From positions 52,848 to 116,847 of the forward strand of contig CAXEND010000002.1 of the NCBI GenBank assembly GCA_963997635.1: a stretch of DNA of 64,000 bases. Direction: 5' to 3'. The notes under the pieces were generated by a model. That model ran no database searches. It was not told the origin of the DNA and was given only the letters and a program-made list of their open reading frames with translations. The DNA is from an uncultured Rhodospirillaceae bacterium (GTDB lineage: Bacteria > Pseudomonadota > Alphaproteobacteria > UBA828). The position numbers and the translations under genes are program-made. Shown one piece after another: positions 20,754 through 30,137 of the stretch (its first letter is position 1; each line of letters starts with the position of its first letter).

Positions 20754-21155
20754 TTAAGCTGCATCTTCCTCAACTTTAGGCTTATTATGTATATATGCTA
20801 TTGAGTAATGCCTTGCACAATATGGCTTTGACTCAACTGCAGGATCGCCACAAAAATGAAAATCCGCCTCACCTGGATGTCCAATCGGCCACTGGCAACA
20901 CATTCCAGTTCGATTAATTGGTAGAACACGTGGTTGGCTTCTCGTTTTTACTACCGTTTTTCTTACGGACTTAGCTGGTCTTCTTGTAATTCCTCTTCGA
21001 ATAGGAGATGGTCTTGAAGGTAGCTCAAGCCGGTGGGCTTTACCAACTACAGAATTCTTAGAAACTCCGATCTGCTTTCCAATTTCTGCAGTGGTAAGAC
21101 CTTCATCCCACAATCTGCGTAGGTTATCAACTCGCTCAGGAGTCCAAGTCGTCAT
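20754..21155 (-). CDS. gcrA: GcrA-family cell-cycle regulator (short form, 133 aa)
   Basis: MTTWTPERVDNLRRLWDEGLTTAEIGKQIGVSKNSVVGKAHRLELPSRPSPI plus C-terminal CQWPIGHPGEADFHFCG...YCARH. Both are characteristic of alphaproteobacterial GcrA. AGGAGGG RBS. Confidence 0.85.
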   Translation of the reverse strand: MTTWTPERVDNLRRLWDEGLTTAEIGKQIGVSKNSVVGKAHRLELPSRPSPIRRGITRRPAKSVRKTVVKTRSQPRVLPINRTGMCCQWPIGHPGEADFHFCGDPAVESKPYCARHYSIAYIHNKPKVEEDAA

Positions 21156-21436
21156 TTTACCCTCCTTTTAACATTAAGAACGGTGGCCCATCGTAACTAA
21201 TACCCAAAGGGCGCACAATCAGTAGTGCCTTTCCGACAGCAACCCTCAACATACAGTATTAACCGCTATAAGCAAGTGTTGAATTCACAAAATTTGTCAA
21301 TATATTGTAAAAAATTAACACAGGGTAAAATTTATATTTATTTCAAAGTCTTATTAAAATAATAAATAAACAAAAAGGCCATTTAAATTTGTTTTTGTTA
21401 GATTCAATTGAACAATTTGGAAGACTTTTTATTTTA

Positions 21437-22531
21437 TTATTTGCTATTCAACCATTTATATATATGGCCTAGCCACTTTTCCCTAATACCATTTCGTTCT
21501 AGATAGAGCTCATGACGAGCACCTTTATAAAATATAGATCTACAATTAATAATTTTACTACATAATTTAAGGCTGTCTTCTGGAACGACTAAAACATCAA
21601 TTTCTGGAATAGTCATTAATATTTTAGTTTTTGTATTTGGCAAAACACTACTATTAAAAATTCGTTTTCTGGAATTCACATAGTTATTAAACCACATAAG
21701 AGTAACCCCATACGACTTCCTAGTGTGTTCTAAAGACCGCCTCCATTTTTGCTTAAGAAATGAACGTTCAGAGTCAGATGTATTCTGATTATCATTAGCA
21801 GCATAATTTATATCATCAATCCATTCATTATTTCCTGGTGCATACCACCACCCTAAACCCAATGTTGATGCAAAGCCTGCAACAAAGGAACTAAGTCCAT
21901 GAGGGAATAATCCTGTTTTGACAGTTATCATAGGAGCTGAAAGAACAGCTCTATCTATAGCCACTTGTCCAGAGCTAAGAAGACCAAGTAGTATATGTGC
22001 GCCCATAGAATGGGCAAAAATTATAGGGGGCATATGATCTTCATATACTACTATCTGTGAAATAAATTTTTTTATATCATCTTGATCATTTTTAAAGTTT
22101 GTTCCGGCTCTATTGTAGTCCGTTAAAGCGTGATCAGAACCTCCTTGTCCATGCCAATCCATTATCCATACATTGTAATTATTTTGATTAAAGTCATTGA
22201 TTAACTCAAAATAACCTTCAATAAACTCCGATTGGCCTGGAGCAATGACTATTGTTCCTCTAGACTCATCCACTAATGAAAAGCCATAGCGTAAAGAATA
22301 TCCATGATCAGAGATAAAATAATCAAATTTAAAATTATTTTGGGGTAAAGCAATTGATGTCAAGCTCTTCTGAAGATTCGCATCGTAAGTAAGATTACTG
22401 GTTTTAATAACTTCCGTTGGAGGAGAGCAAGATGCAATAAATAATAATAGAGATAGCCCAAAAAGAGTTAGACCTAGATTAACTGAGTGGCACCGCCTTA
22501 CCTTTAACGTACTAACAAAGCCAACAAGCAA
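21437..22531 (-). CDS. Alpha/beta hydrolase, probable lipoprotein (lysophospholipase/monoglyceride-lipase-like)
   Basis: Signal peptide with lipobox LLFIASC, nucleophile elbow AHSMGAH (GxSxG). 364 aa. Confidence 0.75.
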   Translation of the reverse strand: MLVGFVSTLKVRRCHSVNLGLTLFGLSLLLFIASCSPPTEVIKTSNLTYDANLQKSLTSIALPQNNFKFDYFISDHGYSLRYGFSLVDESRGTIVIAPGQSEFIEGYFELINDFNQNNYNVWIMDWHGQGGSDHALTDYNRAGTNFKNDQDDIKKFISQIVVYEDHMPPIIFAHSMGAHILLGLLSSGQVAIDRAVLSAPMITVKTGLFPHGLSSFVAGFASTLGLGWWYAPGNNEWIDDINYAANDNQNTSDSERSFLKQKWRRSLEHTRKSYGVTLMWFNNYVNSRKRIFNSSVLPNTKTKILMTIPEIDVLVVPEDSLKLCSKIINCRSIFYKGARHELYLERNGIREKWLGHIYKWLNSK

Positions 22532-22661
22532 TTTAACCCCCCTTTAACCTAATTCTGTATACCTAGATTAAACCAACTGTCATGATATTCATTTTTTCTG
22601 TTATTTTAAAATTTTTTTTCAAAAAATGGGCTGTAAATCTATTATATTTCGTTAGTTAGTT

Positions 22662-23573
22662 TTATGTATTTTTGGTACTCCTTGCACCTAGATTAATAAG
22701 AGCGAGGCTAATAAAAAGAAGAACAACAGCCGCCCAAACCCATATACTTAAGGAATCAGAGAAAATTACCCATGACCAGATCAAACCTGCGGCTACAATA
22801 ACATAATTTATTTGTGCGTAAAAAAGTCCGCTAGTACGTTTGACAATTTCAAAAAAACACATATAGACAATTACCCATACAAAAGATGCCCAGATCGTGC
22901 TTCCAATTGCTTGCCAACCATAATTACCAAAAAAATGGAGACCATCTTGTGCAAGTGTAACTGGAAATAAAATCAAAGAAGCTACAAGCATCGTGCCAGC
23001 AGCTAGGCTAAATGTCTCAGCTTCCGGTGGCCTAAGAAGAACTATAAAAGCATTGTTTGCCCCACAGGCAATTGGCACAAGTAGACAAAAAATTACCCAA
23101 ATTTCTGCTCCTGAAATAGGTAAACTGCTACTAGGTATAACTATTAACAATACACTCCCAAATCCAATAACTACTCCCAAAATACTCACCAGGCGAAGTT
23201 TGTCGGTCTTTATTAATAGCGACATCACATATGTACTGGCTGGAATAAGTGCTACTGATAAAGTGATTACGCCTGGAGGCAATTTATCTGCAACAACATT
23301 GAAAACAACAAGTGGTGTTAACATCCCCAGAACAGCACAAAAGACAAAGACTTTAATATTATTCCAGCTAAACCTAGGCACATTATTTGTAATAAAACAG
23401 ATAATTAATAAAATCATTGAACCCAAAAACATTTGCCAGAAAACATAAGAAAAATATGGCATGCCAGATTCAAATGAAAATAGGTTAGCAGCAAAAATAC
23501 TACCAAAAGTGACACCTCCTATTAGAACGAGCAAGCTGGGTAGAAAAAGACTCTTAATATTACTTTCATTCAT
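22662..23573 (-). CDS. DMT superfamily (EamA-like) transporter
   Basis: 303 aa with about 10 hydrophobic helices arranged as two EamA-like halves. Confidence 0.8.
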   Translation of the reverse strand: MNESNIKSLFLPSLLVLIGGVTFGSIFAANLFSFESGMPYFSYVFWQMFLGSMILLIICFITNNVPRFSWNNIKVFVFCAVLGMLTPLVVFNVVADKLPPGVITLSVALIPASTYVMSLLIKTDKLRLVSILGVVIGFGSVLLIVIPSSSLPISGAEIWVIFCLLVPIACGANNAFIVLLRPPEAETFSLAAGTMLVASLILFPVTLAQDGLHFFGNYGWQAIGSTIWASFVWVIVYMCFFEIVKRTSGLFYAQINYVIVAAGLIWSWVIFSDSLSIWVWAAVVLLFISLALINLGARSTKNT

Positions 23574-23694
23574 TTAAGGTCTCACTATTAAATATAGTTG
23601 CATAATATCTATTGATTCCCTTTGCTAGATCTAACCTAGATGATTACCATATTTATAAGTTCATTTAAGAAAAAAATTACAGGGTTAATTGATA

Positions 23695-25914
23695 ATGACA
23701 AGTAGTTCTATACCTATTATTGGCTATACTGACAAACTATCAGCTCGTCCTGGAGAAACAATAGCCTTTAAGGTTAGTTGTTCCAGTCCACAAAAATATT
23801 ACGCAAATCTAGTAAGGGTAATTTCATGTGACCCTAATCCAAAAGGGCCTGGCATTCAGGAAGAAAAATTAGAGTCCAATTTTGATGGTGTTTATCAAGG
23901 AAAACCACAAAACATTTGCCTTGGCTCAGCAATCAGAGTTACAGAAACTAATTCACTAGACACCCTTAAGTCCTTTACTTTAATTGCGACTATCTGGCCA
24001 ACTAGACCTCAAGCAGGCTTACAAGGAATAATTACACGTAGAGAAGTAAAGGGTAATAGTGGTTTCGGGTTAGCTATAAATACTAAAGGGGCATGTGCTA
24101 TTTTAGGCGGATTGGAAATTTCTGTTGGTATGCCCCTTATAGAAAGACGATGGTATAGGATATGGATGAGTTATAATTCCTCAACAGGAACTGTTACGGT
24201 AGGGCAAAAACCACTTTCTAAACAAATTGATGCTGAGGATGAAGGTTTTTGTGAGGCTGTAACTAAAGTAAAGAATAACTTTATTGGTTCAGGAGATCTA
24301 TTAATAGCAGCTTTTCGAGGTGAGCCTAGAAGTGCCCATTATAATGGAAAGATTGAAAGTCCCATAATTCTCGAAACGGCCATTAATGAGAAAAAAATGT
24401 CTTTAATGACATTAAATGAACTTCAAAAAATAGCATTTGCTTATTGGGACTTTTCTCAAGAAATTAGTAGTCCCAACATAATAGATTCTGGACCTCATGG
24501 TCTTGATGGTTACATAGAAAACCTACCCACGAGGGCTATGACTAGTTCAGAGTGGGATAATAGTTCACATGACTGGACAAAAAAAACCCAACATTACTCA
24601 GCTATTCATTTTCATGAAGATGACATATACGATTGTGGGTGGAATACGGATTTCGTTTTTACTGTACCAGATGAATTTAAAAGCGGAATTTACGCAGCTC
24701 GACTTGAAACAGATTCTGGGGAGAAGGAGATGGTTCCCTTCTTCGTTCCGGCAAAGAAAAATAAGCCTCAATCCCGAATATGTATTCTAATTCCTACGTT
24801 TACATACATAGTCTATGGAAATATTTCACGAGGAAATTCAACTTATAAAGATGATGGATCATTGGCCAAAAAAATAAAAGACTGGGGTGCATGGCCATAT
24901 AATTGTGATGAACATAAAGAGTTTGGTTTATCTACATATAACGATCATACTGATGGAAGTGGTATTTGTACCGCTTCTTTTCTACGACCAATTATCACTA
25001 TGAGAACGGCAACAGTTTCTTACCCAGATGTACCAGGGTCGGGTTTGCGGCATTTCGCAGCTGATGCACACCTATGGTTTTGGCTTGAAAAAATGGGCTA
25101 TGACTTTGACATCATAACAGATCATGAACTACACCATGAAGGTATTAACTCAATAAAAAATTATGACATTGTAATGACACCTTCACACCCAGAATATCAC
25201 ACAACGGAGACTCTTGATGCACTTCAAGCCTATATAGAAGAAGGTGGTCACTTTATGTACTTAGGAGGAAATGGTTTTTATTGGAAAGTGGCTCTTAATA
25301 AAAATTTTCCTGGTGCTGTTGAAATTCGTCGTGCTGAAGGTGGTATTAGACTATGGGCTTCAGAGCCTGGCGAGTACTATAATGCATTTGATGGTACTTA
25401 CGGAGGTATGTGGCGAAGAAATGGTCGTCCTCCACAAAATTTATGCGGCATTGGTTTTACTGCTCAAGGAAAACATTTTGGAGATCCTTATCGTCGCACT
25501 GCGGCCTCGCGAGACCCCTTATACGCATGGATTTTTGAAGGAATAAAAGATGATATTATAGGAAATTTTGGATTATCAGGGGGTGGTGCAGCAGGTTTTG
25601 AACTTGACCGTGCTGATGTAAAATTAGGAACCCCTCTTAATGCTGTTGTTTTAGCAACCTCTGAAGGTCACGGTAAGCATTTTGGACTAGTACCAGAAGA
25701 AATTCTTATGACCAATATGTTAGCTTGGAACGGCGAGCCTTATGATGACCTCATCCGTGCTGATATTGTTTATTTTGATACACCAAAGGGTGGAGCAGTT
25801 TTTGCTGTAGGCTCAATTACTTATTGTGGATCTCTGCCTTACAATAATTGCAAGAACAACATCTCGCAGCTCACCAAAAATGTGATCGATAGATTTCTAA
25901 AAGAAAAAAATTAA
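23695..25914 (+). CDS. N,N-dimethylformamidase large-subunit-like protein (LamG-like N-domain plus DUF6605-type C-domain)
   Basis: About 740 aa. The segments IIGYTDKLSARPGETIAFKVS, AHYNGKIESP, HFHEDDIYDCGWNTDFVFTVPDEFKSGIY, LSTYNDHTDGSG, SHPEYHT, GGGAAGFELDR and NNISQLTKNVIDRF closely parallel the Paracoccus/Methylobacterium DMFase large subunit as I remember it. Start is ATG 23695 (the track uses TTG 23689). Confidence 0.7.
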   Translation: MTSSSIPIIGYTDKLSARPGETIAFKVSCSSPQKYYANLVRVISCDPNPKGPGIQEEKLESNFDGVYQGKPQNICLGSAIRVTETNSLDTLKSFTLIATIWPTRPQAGLQGIITRREVKGNSGFGLAINTKGACAILGGLEISVGMPLIERRWYRIWMSYNSSTGTVTVGQKPLSKQIDAEDEGFCEAVTKVKNNFIGSGDLLIAAFRGEPRSAHYNGKIESPIILETAINEKKMSLMTLNELQKIAFAYWDFSQEISSPNIIDSGPHGLDGYIENLPTRAMTSSEWDNSSHDWTKKTQHYSAIHFHEDDIYDCGWNTDFVFTVPDEFKSGIYAARLETDSGEKEMVPFFVPAKKNKPQSRICILIPTFTYIVYGNISRGNSTYKDDGSLAKKIKDWGAWPYNCDEHKEFGLSTYNDHTDGSGICTASFLRPIITMRTATVSYPDVPGSGLRHFAADAHLWFWLEKMGYDFDIITDHELHHEGINSIKNYDIVMTPSHPEYHTTETLDALQAYIEEGGHFMYLGGNGFYWKVALNKNFPGAVEIRRAEGGIRLWASEPGEYYNAFDGTYGGMWRRNGRPPQNLCGIGFTAQGKHFGDPYRRTAASRDPLYAWIFEGIKDDIIGNFGLSGGGAAGFELDRADVKLGTPLNAVVLATSEGHGKHFGLVPEEILMTNMLAWNGEPYDDLIRADIVYFDTPKGGAVFAVGSITYCGSLPYNNCKNNISQLTKNVIDRFLKEKN

Positions 25915-25921
25915 TAATTAC

Positions 25922-26752
25922 TTAATCAAAAAAGATAAATGTGCGACTTTCAATACTCAGTCTTTCAGGTGCGTTCAGCGTACTTGTGGGGTCTTCAAAA
26001 GCACTGTGAGCAGTAAAACGAGCTCGCCCATCCTTCTCAGAATCATAACCTTTAAATAGGAGAACTTCGCTGGAGGTCATGTATGGGAAGAAAAACCACT
26101 CATGCAATGGATTATGACGAACTTGGTAAAACTCGCCTTTTCTATTTGGTAAAACTAACTGTGTAACAACAAAATCCTTTTGGGACAAACTTCTTGAATT
26201 ACAAATAGCAAGTGGTAACTTTCTCACAACTCCCTTGATTGGCCTCCATACCTGCACAACTGCAAATCTGGAACTTAAAAGTTTCGAAGATTTAGCTCTT
26301 GGAAGTAGATCAATTACTCTTTTAGTTGCAGAACTTTCTGTATAATCATTGTGTACAACTTGGACTGGTTCTCTTGCTTTTTCTTTTAATCTCTGATTAT
26401 CATCAGAAGTTCGGATTGTATGATCAAACACATGCACAAATGAAGCCCCAGTTATATTTTTTACCAAATCATGGATTTCTTTTGAGTATTCTTTCTTAAC
26501 TTCATTGGCATTAAAATAATTAGTTACCATTGTCTCATGTCTACACAAAACAAATCCATCATTATCTAAATTAAATTTATAAGCTGGGGCACGTCCATTA
26601 AAAATATTCATCAACTGAGAATCATAAGATGCCCTTCTATCAGACAAAGATTTTCCAGGTTCATCTTGATAAGTGATTGGGTATAATTCTTGCCTTGAAA
26701 CGTATGTTAATGGGGCTTTGACGCTATTTAACGTAATGGATTCATCAGCCAA
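25922..26752 (-). CDS. CmcJ/NvfI-like (AsaB/GA4-desaturase-like) putative hydroxylase/oxidoreductase
   Basis: 276 aa. FDHTIR...VQVVHNDYT pattern and overall length recall the CmcJ/NvfI family. Assignment is from memory only. TTG start. Confidence 0.5.
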   Translation of the reverse strand: MADESITLNSVKAPLTYVSRQELYPITYQDEPGKSLSDRRASYDSQLMNIFNGRAPAYKFNLDNDGFVLCRHETMVTNYFNANEVKKEYSKEIHDLVKNITGASFVHVFDHTIRTSDDNQRLKEKAREPVQVVHNDYTESSATKRVIDLLPRAKSSKLLSSRFAVVQVWRPIKGVVRKLPLAICNSRSLSQKDFVVTQLVLPNRKGEFYQVRHNPLHEWFFFPYMTSSEVLLFKGYDSEKDGRARFTAHSAFEDPTSTLNAPERLSIESRTFIFFD

Positions 26753-26928
26753 GGAATTTTTCCATTTATTTTAAAGGTTAATTATCATTTATAAATTAAA
26801 AAATTACCTCCGGATATAATAATTTTAATACGCTGTAGACTTTCCAAGAATTAGATGATTTGTTTTAAACAAGAATCAATAAACTTTTTTTAAATATATA
26901 CAGTAATACACTCATTGGGAGACACAAA

Positions 26929-27297
26929 ATGATTGGCTATGCAACGCTTGGAACAAACGACCTAGAACGAGCCAGATATTTTTATGATAATCTATTTGAT
27001 ATTATAGGTGCCAAAAGGTCTGGAGAGTCAGATCGACACACACTCTGGCAAGCCCCATCTGGAGGATCCAAACTTGGTGTTTACATCCCTTTTGATAAAA
27101 AACCAGCCACTAATGGTAATGGGTCTATGGTAGGAATTCATGTTGAAAGCATTGAGATGGTTGATGCACTTCATACTAGAGCCCTTGAGCTGGGGGCATC
27201 AGATGAAGGAACGGGGTTACGTGTCGAAGGTAAATATTATATGGGTTATTTCAGAGATTTAGATGGTAATAAACTTAATTTATTTACAGTGATATAA
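26929..27297 (+). CDS. VOC-family (glyoxalase/bleomycin-resistance/dioxygenase fold) protein
   Basis: 122 aa. N-terminal IGYATLGTNDLERARYFYD and C-terminal GYFRDLDGNKLNLF are typical of small VOC proteins. Confidence 0.75.
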   Translation: MIGYATLGTNDLERARYFYDNLFDIIGAKRSGESDRHTLWQAPSGGSKLGVYIPFDKKPATNGNGSMVGIHVESIEMVDALHTRALELGASDEGTGLRVEGKYYMGYFRDLDGNKLNLFTVI

Positions 27298-27357
27298 ACA
27301 AGGGTTAGGGGTTTTATTTATAATAGTAGCTAAAGAAAGAGAGATTATTAACCGTTT

Positions 27358-28410
27358 CTATATGCGCCAACGCAATTGAGGTGACAATCTGTCTGTATTT
27401 AGATGGTTTTTAATTGTATTGAGTCGAATTAAATTGGAAGACTGGAAATCTTCTCCAATCAAATGCTTTATGGGAGTAATTCCCTTAATTAATTCATATA
27501 TAGTTTCATCAAGAGAGGATTGAGGTTGATGGTCAGGTGCTATCTTTTTAAACAAATCAAAGTTGACTTTATAGGAACGTTTATCTGGTTGTATAGATTG
27601 ATTTAACTCGAGCTCAACATCGCTGATCTTCTCCACAACAGCCTCAGCCAATTGTCTTAATGTATAATTCCAGTTATTGGACCCAACATTGACCACTAAG
27701 TGAGGTGATTCTTGTCTAAAACCTCTTGCAATCGCCCATTCTATTGCTCTAGCCATATCCTTTATATTTATTAACGGTCGCCAAGATTTGCCATTACTCG
27801 GAACAACTACTTTTCCATTAATCATTGCTGATGCTACAAAACTATTCAGAACTAAGTCTAATCTTAATCTTTCACTCATTCCACATGCTGTTGCAAAGCG
27901 TAAAGAAGTTGCTATCGTTCCAGGTGCAAGTTTAATATTAGCGAGAACTTCTTCAACGGCCACCTTTGATCTGGCATACGCAGTGAGTGGATTTAAATTG
28001 TCGTTTTCTTTCTTTGAAGCAACACCTGCCGTACCATATATACTACAACTCGAAGCAAAAACTATTGTTTTATCTGAAAGGGCTCCAAAATCCTTAACCA
28101 GTTTTCCTAAGGCAAGATGATTAATTTCATCTGTAATTTTATCAAAATTATTACTTATTGGATCATTAGAGATAGCACTAAGTAGAATAAGAGTGTCAAA
28201 ACCCCTACAGATCTTAACATCAATATCCCTGATATCTTTAAAAATTTGTTGATCGCAATAGGTATCTCCCAGTCGATCATTTGTTGTTATACAAGAAGAA
28301 AAATAACCTGTGTCTAAGCCTACTATTTCAGAATTAGTTAGAGTCGTCTTAAGGTATTTACAAACAATAGGTCCTATATAGCCCAGATTTCCAATAACTA
28401 GGATTTTCAT
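27358..28410 (-). CDS. NAD-dependent epimerase/dehydratase family protein
   Basis: MKILVIGNLGYIGP (GxxGxxG) and catalytic YARSK (YxxxK). 350 aa extended SDR. Confidence 0.8.
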   Translation of the reverse strand: MKILVIGNLGYIGPIVCKYLKTTLTNSEIVGLDTGYFSSCITTNDRLGDTYCDQQIFKDIRDIDVKICRGFDTLILLSAISNDPISNNFDKITDEINHLALGKLVKDFGALSDKTIVFASSCSIYGTAGVASKKENDNLNPLTAYARSKVAVEEVLANIKLAPGTIATSLRFATACGMSERLRLDLVLNSFVASAMINGKVVVPSNGKSWRPLINIKDMARAIEWAIARGFRQESPHLVVNVGSNNWNYTLRQLAEAVVEKISDVELELNQSIQPDKRSYKVNFDLFKKIAPDHQPQSSLDETIYELIKGITPIKHLIGEDFQSSNLIRLNTIKNHLNTDRLSPQLRWRI

Positions 28411-28487
28411 ATCTACTTCCTTATTTCAGGTAAGTCTCTTTGACCATACCAGAGCTAAAACCACACTTTTAAAACACAATGACAGTT

Positions 28488-30008
28488 TTAACTATTCATA
28501 TATGCATTGGCTACACGAAGAACTGTTGCATCGTCCATCCATCTTCCAGTTAACATTAGACCAATTGGTAAATCTGAGACATTCCTACATGGCACACTGA
28601 TGGATGGGTGACCACTCAAATCAAAAGGTGCCGTATTATGGATCATGTTTAAGGCATTATTAACATAAGTAAGCCTGTCATTATCAACAGATGGTTGAAT
28701 TGAGTGTGCCTTTTGTGGTGTAGTAGGCATTAATAATATATCGTAATTTTCTAACGCATGATTATATTCTGATGTCAGTTCACGTGACATATTCTGTGCT
28801 CGAGCATAGAACGCTCCTTGATATTGCTCACGCATATAATGCCCAACCAAAAGCCCTAATTTCGTAGTTGGTGAAAAATCACTTCCATTAGTCTGAATTG
28901 CGCGCAACATATGAGTCATAAATCGAGGATTATATAACCCTTTAGTTTGGTAAATGAATCCACCACGATATAAATTGTCAGTAGCACCCTCTATAGCCAA
29001 TGCTGTCCATATAGCAGGGCCGCGACGGTGAAAAGGGATTGAGATATTTTCTACTTTTGCTCCAAGTTTTTTAAAGTAGTTTGCCGCAGACCTTACTGTA
29101 TCATCAACCTCTGCTGAAGAAACATCTGGGTGGTTAAATCCTTCTTCTACAACTCCAATCTTCAAACCTTCTACACCACTTTCTAGCTCCGAATAGTAAT
29201 TCTGTGGTTTGAAGTCATCTGGTTGACGTGGGTCACAACAAGTTTCATCTTTACCTGCGAGTACTGTTAATAGAAGTGCACAATCCGAAACGGTTTTAGT
29301 CATAGGGCCTACATGGTCAATTGTAAGATCAAAGCCTGCAATTCCCGTATAAGGAATCAATCCGTGACTAGGCTTAAGACCAACAGTACCCGTCCAAGCG
29401 GCAGGTATACGAATAGACCCCCCTTGATCCCCACCTAAAGCTAAATCTACAATATCTGTAGCTACAGCTATGGCAGATCCAGATGATGAGCCTCCTGGGT
29501 GATATTCAGGGTCGATCGGGTTTTTTGCTGGTCCATAAGTACTTGTATGACCCACACCTGCAAACCCAAAGTCGTCAGTAGAGAGAATATGAGTTATTTC
29601 ACCACCAGCCCTAATCAATCGCTTGACTACAGTAGCATCAATATCTGGGGTATAATCATAAAGAAGTCTTGATGCACATGTCATAGGTATACCAGCCACA
29701 GAGATAGTATCTTTTATACCAATTTTTTTCCCACTTAGTGGTCCAGATATACTTTCCGAGGATCTAACACTACAGGTTCTTACAATCCCATTATAAGGGT
29801 CATCAACTGGTTCTGGGCGAGGGCCTACTTGCCGAATCGCTGATACTAATTCACGAGAAGGATCCGGGTATTGATCAAGAACGTCGTAAGTTTCAATAAC
29901 TCCATTAACAAGAGTGGAGTAATCTTCCAGCTCAGACTCCGTTAGATCAAGAAAGTAGCGGTCACTCAGATCACGAAGATTTTCCTTTGATGGCCTTCGA
30001 ATAGTCAT
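28488..30008 (-). CDS. Amidase-signature (AS) family amidase
   Basis: KDTISVAGIPMT (catalytic Lys), GGSSSGSA and GGSIRIPAA (Ser-cisSer) motifs. The ATG at 30008 (MTIRRPS...) is preceded by AGGA, so the track start at 30059 is probably too long. Confidence 0.88.
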   Translation of the reverse strand: MTIRRPSKENLRDLSDRYFLDLTESELEDYSTLVNGVIETYDVLDQYPDPSRELVSAIRQVGPRPEPVDDPYNGIVRTCSVRSSESISGPLSGKKIGIKDTISVAGIPMTCASRLLYDYTPDIDATVVKRLIRAGGEITHILSTDDFGFAGVGHTSTYGPAKNPIDPEYHPGGSSSGSAIAVATDIVDLALGGDQGGSIRIPAAWTGTVGLKPSHGLIPYTGIAGFDLTIDHVGPMTKTVSDCALLLTVLAGKDETCCDPRQPDDFKPQNYYSELESGVEGLKIGVVEEGFNHPDVSSAEVDDTVRSAANYFKKLGAKVENISIPFHRRGPAIWTALAIEGATDNLYRGGFIYQTKGLYNPRFMTHMLRAIQTNGSDFSPTTKLGLLVGHYMREQYQGAFYARAQNMSRELTSEYNHALENYDILLMPTTPQKAHSIQPSVDNDRLTYVNNALNMIHNTAPFDLSGHPSISVPCRNVSDLPIGLMLTGRWMDDATVLRVANAYMNS

Positions 30009-30137
30009 TTTTTTTCCTATATAAAAGTTGCGAGCGTCATTTAACTTGCTAACACACACTAAATGTATGTTTTTATTTGAAGATCATACCTCTTTTTCCA
30101 CTCTCAAATGACAACAATAAGTTAGTTATAGGCTCAA

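Noticed and set aside
20594-20779. A 61-aa plus-strand ORF in the yfgM-gcrA spacer.
   Set aside because: The translation is low-complexity (MSYTSLKATSYSIPDSQLSSSKYHNSH...). It has a GTG-type start without an RBS and runs into the gcrA 3' end. It looks like noncoding promoter or terminator space.
21369-21399. An A/T-only inverted repeat AACAAAAA...TTTTTGTT after the alpha/beta hydrolase gene, considered as a terminator. Similar A/T-only repeats occur at 22590-22630 and 40990-41010.
   Set aside because: The stems are made only of A-T pairs with long loops. They are thermodynamically weak and expected by chance in spacers of about 25 % GC.
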